Shown in pieces: positions 42,100 through 51,433 of a stretch of DNA of 64,000 nucleotides. The first letter of the stretch is position 1, and every line of letters begins with the position of its first letter. The DNA comes from a bacterium (GTDB lineage Bacteria > Hinthialibacterota > Hinthialibacteria > Hinthialibacterales > Hinthialibacteraceae): NCBI GenBank assembly GCA_963662285.2, contig CAXXMV010000002.1, positions 1,536,001 through 1,600,000 on the forward strand. Direction: 5' to 3'. The translations under genes and the position numbers were made by a program. The notes below the pieces were generated by a model. The model was not told the origin of the DNA. It saw only the letters and a program-made list of their open reading frames with translations, and did not search any database.

Positions 42100-45000
42100 C
42101 TATTCAGGGTAATTCAGGTTGATTCTGATTTGCCCATCGTTAACTTGCGTCTGTTGTTCGTTGACTTGAATTAGTAGCGGCTCTGTCTGGTCGCCTACTA
42201 AGTCGAACTTTACCGACATCAGGTTGCTTTGGCCTTGTTGCAATGGCGTTCCCAAGGCGCCTGACAGGATTAGTCGGCCTGGTTCGGAGTCGTTGACGGC
42301 CAGCAACCCTGATGGAACCAGCCATCCGCTTGCCGCCCCGTTGAATTGCAGATGTTCTGGATTGTACGACAGGTCTATGCGTAAACCTTGTACATCATCC
42401 GCATTATCGATTTGGAAGGTTACAATCCATGAACTACCCTGCTGTTCGAAGAAGACATTCATGTTTCGGGTGGTTTGGCGTTTTGATACTTTGCCAGCTG
42501 GCAACGGCTCATCAGGGCCCCATTGATCGTGATCGGTATCAGCAGGGAACCAATCAATCAGCAACGCGTATTTTTGCAGAACAAGCGATGCATCCAGCGT
42601 TCCCGCCACATCATCGTCGTTCACATCGGCTGCTATCGGGAAATTAAGCCAAGGCTGCATAGGATCGGGATAGTACTCTGGATAATCGAGCACCGGATAG
42701 CCAGGGAAACTGTCTATCAATTCAGCGTTGAATTGCAGCAGCAGCGATGCATCGACTGAGCCTGCCTGAGCGTTGTCGTTGAGGTCGCCCCACATGAAGG
42801 GGATGTAAATCTTTATCACAAACTGTTGAGCAGGCGAGTGGTTGATTCCACCGTTGGCGACGCCGCCGCTGTCGTAGAGAGTCGCGGTTGCATCAAACAC
42901 GCCGTGGGTATTCAGGTTTGGCGTGAAGCGCAAGGTCCCACCTGCGTCGATGGTTGGCGAGGCCGAGAACAATTCGGGGTTGCTGGTTTCGACGTAGAAG
43001 AACCAAACGCTCTGATCGGATTCGTTGGCTGGTCCAACGCTGATGGATGTCGCCCAACCTGGGAATGTATGCTGCCCGCCAGTGGCGTTGAGAACCACCG
43101 CAGTAGCGCCCGCGATGAAGGATGGAGCGTCGTTGACCGGATCAACCGTAATGCTGAACACGTAAGGCGTCGAACTATCGATGCCGCCGTTGGCGGTTCC
43201 ACCGGAGTCATGCAGAACGGCGGTGGCGTTGCAAATACCATACTCGTCGGAAGCCAGTGTATAACGCAATGCTCCTGATGCATCAATGGTTGGCTGGCTG
43301 AAGAATAACGATGTATTATCAATATCCAATGTAAAATTCAAATCCTGCCAAGATTCATAGGCTATGCCTGGGCTGATGTCAGTAGCCCAGCCAATGATTT
43401 CATGGGCGCCGGAATCTTCCAACACAACTTGGTTTGCTCCACCATTAAACGACGGCTGATGGTTAGGACCAAGCACGGTGGCGCTCCAGATTTCTGTACT
43501 GAAAGCAATGGCATCTTCGTTCAAACTTGTTAGCGCATTAAAGGTTACCGAAATAGGCGTGAAGTCGGCCAGTGTATCATTAACGTGCAACTGGAATTTC
43601 ATCAACGATCCAGGGCCGCTCGCTAAAGCATCCGTAGCGCTGGCGCAGGTGAAGATGGCTAACGCAGGGCTGACGCTGTTTACTACCAATGGCCCCCAAC
43701 CGTTTTCCGTTGAGGTTCCAACCTTGGTCGCTGAACCGTCGACGTAGGTTACTTTGCTTGGATCGAGGTCTAGGGCTACTCGGTAGCCGATGATGCCTGA
43801 AGTGTCGGAGATGTTGACGGCTATTTCGATATCTTGGCTGCGGTGGACGTTTAGGTTGGTGGGTTGAAATGATAAAACTATGCCTTGCTGAGTGAAATCA
43901 TAGGGATCATGATTATTTTGAGGACTATAGGCAAATCCAGAAAGTAAGTTATTCCATTCATCAAAAACAGGAACGCCTATCCTACTACGTAAAACCATGA
44001 CATCATTCCAGTCATCTTGCTCCAAATCATTATTTTCGATATTTACTACATCTCCGGCGCTTAACCCTGCATTAGCAACGAAACTTGAAATATCGGAGAT
44101 ATGATTGTGGTCGCATATGAGTTTTATTAAATTACTGTTATTTGTAACATCCAGACTGGTTAATTGATTGTTATAGCAATATAGATAATTCAAATCTGGA
44201 TTCTGGGATATATCCATATTGGTCAATTGATTTTCTGAACATGAAAGAGAATATAGATCAATGTTTTGAGAAACATCTAAACTTGTTAATTGATTACTGT
44301 GGCATAGTAAATGCGTTAAAACAGCGTTATTTGAAACATTCAAACTTACCAATTGATTTAACTGAGTTTCCAAGTTCATTAAATTACCATTTGATGAAAG
44401 ATCGAGACTCGTCAATTGGTTCCCGCCACAAACAAAATGCGTCAAAGCAATATTCTGAGAGAGGTCTATATTCGTTATTTGATTATTTCCACAATTGAAA
44501 TGTAATAACGCACTGTTCTGAGAAACATCTAAACTAGTCAGTTGGTTAACAAAACAATATAGAGTTCCCAATAATGTGTTATGACTGACGTTCAAATTGG
44601 ATATTTGATTAAAATCACAATTCAAATATGTAAGTGTAGTGTTTTGGGATATGTCTAAACCAGTTAATTGATTTCCACTACAATTAAAAGTTGTCAAGCC
44701 AGTGAAAAACTCGATACCTGATGCGCTAGCAATATTCTTCGAAGATACATCCATAGAAGTTATCTGTGCTGCATCTGTTGCGGTAAAAACCTCTCCTGAA
44801 CTAACTCCCATGATGATTTCAACCGCTGCGCGGAAATTGGGATCAGGGAAATTTTCGGGTGTGTTGATATTTTCACTACTATAATGCAAGATTGTTCCGC
44901 CTACTCCTACAGAGAAGACATCGTTGCCTGAGTTTCCCCACACTCCATAAAGTTGTTGAGTCGTGCCGCTGCTCATAGCGTTCCAACTCGTTCCATCGAA

Positions 45001-46593
45001 ATAGAGGATTGCGCCGTTGGTTCCCACGGCAAAAACATCACTACCTGAATTCCCCCACACGCCATTAAGACCTTCAGTAGTGCCACTGCTCATGGCGTTC
45101 CAACTGCTGCCGTCGTAATGCCTTATCATTCCTGAATGCTCCAAGGCAAACACATCGCTGCCAGAACTTCCCCACACGCTATTAAAGTTTTCAGCCGTAC
45201 CACTACTCATGGTGCTCCAACTCGATCCATCGTAATGCAGGATCGTGCCGCTCAATCCTACGGCAAAGACATCGCTGCCCGAACTCCCCCACACACTTTG
45301 AAGATTTTGAGCCGTACTGCTGCTCATGGCGCTCCAATTCGTTCCATTGAAATGCAGGATCGTGCCACTGTACCCCACAGAAAATACATCACTGCCCGAA
45401 CTCCCCCATACGTCTCTAAGGTCTTGAGTCGTGCCGCTGCTCATGGCGCTCCAATTCGTTCCATTGAAATGAAGGATCGTGCCACTGTACCCCACGGCAA
45501 ATACATCACTGCTCGAACTCCCCCACACTCCTCTAAGGATTTGAGCCGTGCCACTGCTCATGGTGTTCCAATCCGCACCATCGTAATGCAGGATCGTTCC
45601 ATTGTACCCCATGGCAAACACATCACTGTCAGAACTCCCCCATATACCGTAAAGGTGTTGAGTCGTGCCGTTATTCATGATGGACCAACTCGAACCGTTG
45701 AAATGCGGGATCGTACAATTTTCCCCCACGGCAAAGACATCGCCGCCCGAAGTTCCCCACACTCCTCTAAGTATTTTAGTAGTGCCGCTGCTCATGGCGC
45801 TCCAACTCGATCCATCATAATGAAAGATCGTACCACTGAATCCCACAGCAAACACATCATTGCCCGTGTCTCCCCACACTCCTGTAAGATTTTGAGCCGT
45901 GTTGCTGCTCATGGAGTTCCAACTAGATCCATCGTAATGCAGAATTGTTCCATTATACCCCGCGATAAAGACATCACTGCCTGATATCCCCGACACATCA
46001 TAAAGGATTTGAGTAGTGCCGCTGCTCATGGCGCTCCAACTCGCCCCATCGTAATGCAAGATAGTACCAGTATGCCCCACAGCAAAAACATCGCTTCCCG
46101 AACTTCCCCAAACTCCATAAAGGTGTTGAGCCGTACCACTGCTCATGGTGCTCCAACTCGCCCCATCGTAATGTAAGATCGTGCCAGTATATCCCACAGC
46201 AAAGACATTGTTGCTCGAAATCCCACACAATCCAAAAATATGTTGAGTCGTACCGCTGCTCATGGCGCTCCATGTTGATCCATCGTAATGAAGGATCGTA
46301 CCGTATTCACCTACGGCAAACACATCGCTCCCTGAAGTCCCCCAAACCCCTTGGAGGTTTGTCGTCGCTCCGCTGCTCATGGCCATCCACTTCGATCCAT
46401 CGTAATGCAGGATCGAGCCGCTATCACCTACAGCAAATACATCGCTGCCCGAAATCCCCCACACTCCTTGAAGGTTATTTTCTGTCGGCATTGGGCTCTG
46501 CCATTCCCACTCTTCAGCAATAACCAGGGATGAGATAAATAAAAATGATACGAATACGGTAAAAATCACAGTGAATCTGGCTTTGTTTGTCAT
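42100..46593 (-). CDS. Array member 4: 14x 41-aa GVWGSSGSDVFAVG repeats (YCF48/WD40-like double propeller), internalin-type LRRs, shared stalk
   Basis: Signal peptide; 14 counted repeats; FPDPNFRAAV LRR cap and NQLTSLDVSQN LRRs; stalk ~42100-43880. Confidence 0.87.
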   Translation of the reverse strand: MTNKARFTVIFTVFVSFLFISSLVIAEEWEWQSPMPTENNLQGVWGISGSDVFAVGDSGSILHYDGSKWMAMSSGATTNLQGVWGTSGSDVFAVGEYGTILHYDGSTWSAMSSGTTQHIFGLCGISSNNVFAVGYTGTILHYDGASWSTMSSGTAQHLYGVWGSSGSDVFAVGHTGTILHYDGASWSAMSSGTTQILYDVSGISGSDVFIAGYNGTILHYDGSSWNSMSSNTAQNLTGVWGDTGNDVFAVGFSGTIFHYDGSSWSAMSSGTTKILRGVWGTSGGDVFAVGENCTIPHFNGSSWSIMNNGTTQHLYGIWGSSDSDVFAMGYNGTILHYDGADWNTMSSGTAQILRGVWGSSSSDVFAVGYSGTILHFNGTNWSAMSSGTTQDLRDVWGSSGSDVFSVGYSGTILHFNGTNWSAMSSSTAQNLQSVWGSSGSDVFAVGLSGTILHYDGSSWSTMSSGTAENFNSVWGSSGSDVFALEHSGMIRHYDGSSWNAMSSGTTEGLNGVWGNSGSDVFAVGTNGAILYFDGTSWNAMSSGTTQQLYGVWGNSGNDVFSVGVGGTILHYSSENINTPENFPDPNFRAAVEIIMGVSSGEVFTATDAAQITSMDVSSKNIASASGIEFFTGLTTFNCSGNQLTGLDISQNTTLTYLNCDFNQISNLNVSHNTLLGTLYCFVNQLTSLDVSQNSALLHFNCGNNQITNIDLSQNIALTHFVCGGNQLTSLDLSSNGNLMNLETQLNQLVSLNVSNNAVLTHLLCHSNQLTSLDVSQNIDLYSLSCSENQLTNMDISQNPDLNYLYCYNNQLTSLDVTNNSNLIKLICDHNHISDISSFVANAGLSAGDVVNIENNDLEQDDWNDVMVLRSRIGVPVFDEWNNLLSGFAYSPQNNHDPYDFTQQGIVLSFQPTNLNVHRSQDIEIAVNISDTSGIIGYRVALDLDPSKVTYVDGSATKVGTSTENGWGPLVVNSVSPALAIFTCASATDALASGPGSLMKFQLHVNDTLADFTPISVTFNALTSLNEDAIAFSTEIWSATVLGPNHQPSFNGGANQVVLEDSGAHEIIGWATDISPGIAYESWQDLNFTLDIDNTSLFFSQPTIDASGALRYTLASDEYGICNATAVLHDSGGTANGGIDSSTPYVFSITVDPVNDAPSFIAGATAVVLNATGGQHTFPGWATSISVGPANESDQSVWFFYVETSNPELFSASPTIDAGGTLRFTPNLNTHGVFDATATLYDSGGVANGGINHSPAQQFVIKIYIPFMWGDLNDNAQAGSVDASLLLQFNAELIDSFPGYPVLDYPEYYPDPMQPWLNFPIAADVNDDDVAGTLDASLVLQKYALLIDWFPADTDHDQWGPDEPLPAGKVSKRQTTRNMNVFFEQQGSSWIVTFQIDNADDVQGLRIDLSYNPEHLQFNGAASGWLVPSGLLAVNDSEPGRLILSGALGTPLQQGQSNLMSVKFDLVGDQTEPLLIQVNEQQTQVNDGQIRINLNYPE

Positions 46594-46623
46594 CGTAATA
46601 AAATCTCCTTTATTGAATGAATA

Positions 46624-46659
46624 AAGCAGGAACTTCTATCCACATAGAAGTTCCTGCTT
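46624..46659 (-). promoter_or_regulatory. Conserved array stem-loop 4
   Basis: AAGCAGGAACTTCTA...TAGAAGTTCCTGCTT. Confidence 0.65.
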
Positions 46660-46672
46660 ACGTATTTATTTC

Positions 46673-49600
46673 TTACTCATAAATCGAATAATCAAAGTTC
46701 ATCCAAATTTGCCCGTCGTTGATCAGCGTCTGTTCTTCATCGACTTGGATTAGTAGCGGTTCTGTCAGGTCGCCTACTAAGTCGAACTTTACCGACATCA
46801 GGTTGCTTTGGCCTTGTTGCAATGGCGTTCCCAAGGCGCCTGAAAGAATCAAGCGGCCTGGCTCGGAGTCGTTGACGGCCAGCAACCCTGATGGAACCAG
46901 CCATCCGCTTGCCGCCCCGTTGAATTGCAGCTGTTCTGGATTGTACGACAGGTCTATGCGTAAACCTTGCACGTCTTCTGCGTCGTCGATTTGGAAGGTT
47001 ACAATCCATGAACTATCCTGCTGCTCGAAGAGCACATTCATGTTTCGGGCGGTTTGGCGTTTGGATACTTTGCCAGCTGGCAGCGGCTCATCCGGCCCCC
47101 ATTGATCGTGATCGGTATCTGCGGGGAACCAATCAATCAGCAAGGCGTATTTTTGCAGAACAAGCGATGCATCCAGCGTTCCCGCCACATCATCGTCGTT
47201 CACATCGGCTGCTATCGGGAAATTAAGCCAAGGCTGCATAGGATCGGGATAGTATTCAGGATAATCGAGCACTGGATATCCAGGGAAACTGTCTATCAAT
47301 TCAGCGTTGAATTGCAGCAATAGCGATGCATCGACTGAGCCTGCCTGAGCGTTGTCGTTGAGGTCGCCCCACATGAAGGGGATGTAAATCTTTATCACAA
47401 ACTGTTGAGCAGGCGAGTGGTTGATTCCACCGTTGGCGACGCCGCCGCTGTCGTAGAGAGTCGCGGTTGCATCAAACACGCCGTGAGTATTCAGGTTTGG
47501 CGTGAAGCGCAAGGTTCCACCTGCATCGATGGTTGGCGAAACCGAGAACAATTCGGGATTGCTGGTTTCAACGTCGAACCACAACGACTGAGCTGATTCG
47601 TTAGCCGGACCAGCGCTGATATCAGTCGCCCAACCTGGGAATGTATGCTGCCCGCCAGTGGCGTTGAGAACCACCGCAGTGGCGCCCGCGATGAAGGAAG
47701 GCGCGTCGTTGACCGGATTGGCTGTGATGCTGAATACGTAAGGCGTTGAACTATCGATGCCGCCGTTAGCGGTTCCGCCGGAGTCATGCAGCACGGCGGT
47801 GGCGTTGCAAATACCATATTCGTCGGAAGCCAGCGTATAACGCAGCGTTCCTGACGGATCGATGGTTGGTTGAACAAAGAACAGCGATGCATTATCAATA
47901 TCCAAAGTGAAATTCAAAGCCTGCCACGATTCATAGGCTATACCGGGGCTGATGTCCGTAGCCCAACCAATAATTTCATGAGCGCCGGAATCTTCCAACA
48001 CAACTTGGTTTGCTCCACCCGTGAAGGTCGGGATGTGGTTGGGACCGAGAACAGTGGCGCTCCAGATTTCTGAACTGAAAGCGATGGCATCTTCATTCAA
48101 ACTTGTAAGCGCATTGAAGGTAACTGAAATAGGCGTAAAGTCGTCTAGCGTATCATTGACGTGCAGTTGGAATTTCATCAACGACCCTGCGCCGCTCGCT
48201 AAAGCTTCCGTAGCGCTGGCGCAAGTGAAGATGGCTATTTCGGGGCTGGCGCTATTAACAACCAAAGGCCCCCAACCGTTTTCTGTAGAGGTTCCCACCT
48301 TGGTCGCTGAACCTGGGATGTAGGTTACTTTGCTAGGGTCGAGGTCTAGGGCTACTCGGTAGCCGACTACTCCTGAAGCGTCGGAGATGTTGACGGCGAT
48401 TTCGATGTCTTGGCTTCGGTGGACGTTTAGTTCTGTGGGGTTGAGAGAGAGTAAGGTAGAAGAAGGATTGGAATTGGACGTAATTCGAATTTGATCGATT
48501 TTCGGGCTGTAGATGGGCGAAAGTGAATGTAATTTCGCCTTCCATCGGAGATCATTGCCTGTGGTTGGGAAATCGAATTGCACGCCCGATTTCACTTGGA
48601 AGAATTGGCTGCCGCCGTTATTGCTCAGGTAATAATCCACGCTGGTATTAGTTGGCAGCGAACTAAGCGTTGAGGTTAGAGTCGCATTGATGATGTCGTC
48701 GGTTTCCGTATCAATTTCAAGCGAGACGCCTGTTCCCTGAGTGGTGTTAAAGAGATTGTGTGGATTTTGTTTATTCAAATACAGGCGATTGGGTTGGCTT
48801 TGATTCCCCGCGATTATATCCAAATCTCCATCATTATCAAAATCTCCAAGGGCTGCTACCCGTGTATTATGAGTATCGGATGTAATATCTGATCCGGTTA
48901 CGCTGTTGAATGGAGCCGACGTTCCGCTGTTAAGATAGAGTCGATTGATTTGGTTTCCATAATTACCCGCAATCAGATCCAAGTCCCCATCTTCATCTAC
49001 ATCTCCCAAGGCGACTGAATAAGTACTGTGAGAATCGGAAGTAATGTCCGAGCCTGTGATGCCATTGAAGGGAGCCGCCGTTCCGTTATTAAGATACAGT
49101 CGATTAATTTGGTTATTAAAATTCCCCGCAATTAGATCTAAATCCCCGTCTCCATCCATATCTCCCAAGGCTACTGAAATAGTATCATGAAAATCCGATG
49201 TAATGTCCGAGCCAGTGACGCCGTTGAAGGGAGCCGACGTTCCGTTATTAAGATAGAGTCGATTGATTTGGTTTCCATAATTACCCGCAATCAGATCTAA
49301 ATCCCCGTCTCCATCCACATCTCCCAAAACTACCGAATAAGTATTATGAGAATCCGAGGTAATGTCCGAGCCTGTGACGCCATTGAAGGGAGCCGCTGTT
49401 CCGTTATTAAGATACAGTCGATTAATTTGGTTGTCATAATTCCCCGCAATCAGATCTAAATCCCCGTCTCCATCCATATCTCCCAAGGCCACTGACAGAG
49501 AATCAGAAACATCCAAAGTAATATCCGAACCAGTGACGCTGTTGAATGGATCCGCTGTTCCGTTGTTAAGGTACAGACGATTGGTTTGGTTACCATAATT

Positions 49601-51202
49601 CCCTGCAATCAGGTCCAAATCCCCATCTCCATCAATATCTCCTAAAGCAACTGAATAAGTATTATGAGAATCCGAGGTAATGTCCGAGCCACTAACGCCA
49701 TCGAAAGGAGCCACCGTTCCATTGTTCAAATACAAACGATTGACTGTGTTGTAATTATTCCCCACAATTAGATCCAAATCCCCGTCTCCATCCATATCTC
49801 CTATAGCGAAAGAAAAAGTCTGATTAACATCTGAGGTAATGTCCGATCCTGTAATGCCATGGAAGGGGTCATCAGTGGCATTGTTCAAATACAGACGATT
49901 AGTTTGGTTTAGGTTACCCGCAATCAGATCTAAATCCCCATCTCCATCCATATCTCCTAAGGCAACTGGCCGAGTATTATAATCATCCGAGGTAATGTCC
50001 GATCCGGATATGCCATTGAAGGGCGCCGCAGTACCGTTGTTTAAATACAGACGATTGATTTGGCCGTAATTCCCTGCGATCAGATCCAAATCCCCGTCTT
50101 CATCTACATCGCCCAAAGTTACAGAACAAGTATCGTGAGAATCCGAGGTAATGTCTAAGCCGAGGATTCCGTTGAAGGGAGTCGCCGTTCCGTTGTTAAA
50201 ATACAGATGATTGATTCCATTGTCCCCAGTGACCAGATCCAAATCCCCGTCTCCATCTAAATCTCCCAAGACTACTGAAGAAGTTACATAAGCATCCGAT
50301 GTAATATTTGAGCCGGTAACTCCGTTGAAAGGATCTGCCGTTCCATTGTTCAAATATAGACGAGTGCTCTCAAAAAGATTCCCCGTAATCAAATCCAAAT
50401 CACCATCTCCATCCATATCTCCTAAGATGATTGATCGAGAATTATGAGAATCTAAAGTAATGTCTGATCCGGTGACTCCATTGAAGGGATCTGTTGTTCC
50501 GTTGTTTAAATATAAGCGATTGGTTTGGTATCTATTACCTTCGACCAGATCCAAGTCACCATCTCCATCTACATCTCCCAGAGTTACTGACCAAGTATCA
50601 TGAAAATCCGAGGTAATATTCGAACCAGTGATGTTGTTGAAAGGATCCGCAGTTCCATTATTCAAATACAGACGATTGATTTGGCCGAAATTCCCTGCGA
50701 TCAGATCCAAATCCCCGTCTTCATCTACATCTCCTACAGTTACTGACGTAGTATCATGATTATCTGTGGTGATATCTGAGCCAGTGACACCGCTGAAGGG
50801 AGTTGTCGTTCCGTTATTTAAATATAGACGATTGATTTGTCCATTATTTCCGGCAATCAGATCCAAATCTCCGTCTCCATCTACATCTCCCAAAGCAATA
50901 GCAGGAGTATTATTTGTATCCGAAGTAATGTCCAAGCCAGTGGTGGTGGATACGGAGAACGCGCCGTACTTGGCTTTACGCCAGGCTAGGATAAGTTGTT
51001 GTTCGTCCGTCGACCAATTGGCGTTGGTTGCTGCGTTATCTTTCAAAGCATCCGTCGAAAAATCTTCAGTAAACGGTAATCCTGGAGTTGCTGCATCGCT
51101 TTTCCCCGGAATAACAGCCAGCAATAAACACAGCGGTAATAAAAGATCAATCCAAAATCTGTGTGATGAAATATGACAGAGAGGTAACGCTAACTTTTTC
51201 AT
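46673..51202 (-). CDS. Array member 3: 14x FG-GAP/VCBS (GDxDGDGDLDLIAGN) repeats plus shared stalk
   Basis: Start MKKLALP with RBS AAGGAG; 14 counted ~53-aa repeats; stalk ~46673-48455; ends NFDYSIYE. Confidence 0.87.
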   Translation of the reverse strand: MKKLALPLCHISSHRFWIDLLLPLCLLLAVIPGKSDAATPGLPFTEDFSTDALKDNAATNANWSTDEQQLILAWRKAKYGAFSVSTTTGLDITSDTNNTPAIALGDVDGDGDLDLIAGNNGQINRLYLNNGTTTPFSGVTGSDITTDNHDTTSVTVGDVDEDGDLDLIAGNFGQINRLYLNNGTADPFNNITGSNITSDFHDTWSVTLGDVDGDGDLDLVEGNRYQTNRLYLNNGTTDPFNGVTGSDITLDSHNSRSIILGDMDGDGDLDLITGNLFESTRLYLNNGTADPFNGVTGSNITSDAYVTSSVVLGDLDGDGDLDLVTGDNGINHLYFNNGTATPFNGILGLDITSDSHDTCSVTLGDVDEDGDLDLIAGNYGQINRLYLNNGTAAPFNGISGSDITSDDYNTRPVALGDMDGDGDLDLIAGNLNQTNRLYLNNATDDPFHGITGSDITSDVNQTFSFAIGDMDGDGDLDLIVGNNYNTVNRLYLNNGTVAPFDGVSGSDITSDSHNTYSVALGDIDGDGDLDLIAGNYGNQTNRLYLNNGTADPFNSVTGSDITLDVSDSLSVALGDMDGDGDLDLIAGNYDNQINRLYLNNGTAAPFNGVTGSDITSDSHNTYSVVLGDVDGDGDLDLIAGNYGNQINRLYLNNGTSAPFNGVTGSDITSDFHDTISVALGDMDGDGDLDLIAGNFNNQINRLYLNNGTAAPFNGITGSDITSDSHSTYSVALGDVDEDGDLDLIAGNYGNQINRLYLNSGTSAPFNSVTGSDITSDTHNTRVAALGDFDNDGDLDIIAGNQSQPNRLYLNKQNPHNLFNTTQGTGVSLEIDTETDDIINATLTSTLSSLPTNTSVDYYLSNNGGSQFFQVKSGVQFDFPTTGNDLRWKAKLHSLSPIYSPKIDQIRITSNSNPSSTLLSLNPTELNVHRSQDIEIAVNISDASGVVGYRVALDLDPSKVTYIPGSATKVGTSTENGWGPLVVNSASPEIAIFTCASATEALASGAGSLMKFQLHVNDTLDDFTPISVTFNALTSLNEDAIAFSSEIWSATVLGPNHIPTFTGGANQVVLEDSGAHEIIGWATDISPGIAYESWQALNFTLDIDNASLFFVQPTIDPSGTLRYTLASDEYGICNATAVLHDSGGTANGGIDSSTPYVFSITANPVNDAPSFIAGATAVVLNATGGQHTFPGWATDISAGPANESAQSLWFDVETSNPELFSVSPTIDAGGTLRFTPNLNTHGVFDATATLYDSGGVANGGINHSPAQQFVIKIYIPFMWGDLNDNAQAGSVDASLLLQFNAELIDSFPGYPVLDYPEYYPDPMQPWLNFPIAADVNDDDVAGTLDASLVLQKYALLIDWFPADTDHDQWGPDEPLPAGKVSKRQTARNMNVLFEQQDSSWIVTFQIDDAEDVQGLRIDLSYNPEQLQFNGAASGWLVPSGLLAVNDSEPGRLILSGALGTPLQQGQSNLMSVKFDLVGDLTEPLLIQVDEEQTLINDGQIWMNFDYSIYE

Positions 51203-51376
51203 GATGCAAATCTCCTTATGATAAATATGTTTTTTACTCATTATTAACTTTTGTTTTATGAAACTTGATCTTCCCCTTCATCGATGGAAAACATCAAGTG
51301 TCAGAAGGCGTGATTCCACTGATCTTTCTATTAATACTGTAATCATTGTAATAACATAACAAATGAATAAGAGAAT

Positions 51377-51412
51377 GAGCAGGAGTTTCTAAGTTAATAG
51401 AAACTCCCACTC
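51377..51412 (-). promoter_or_regulatory. Conserved array stem-loop 5
   Basis: GAGCAGGAGTTTCTA...TAGAAACTCCCACTC; G-U pairs on the minus strand. Confidence 0.6.
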
Positions 51413-51433
51413 GTTATTCAATTGATTTCAATA

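Noticed and set aside
45136-45984. 282-aa repetitive + strand ORF
   Set aside because: Antisense shadow of the 123-bp repeats in gene 42100-46593
34971-51412. Array hairpins as integron attC sites or CRISPR repeats
   Set aside because: No RYYYAAC/GTTRRRY ends, no integrase or cas genes, spacing is gene-sized, and the G-U pattern points to an RNA structure
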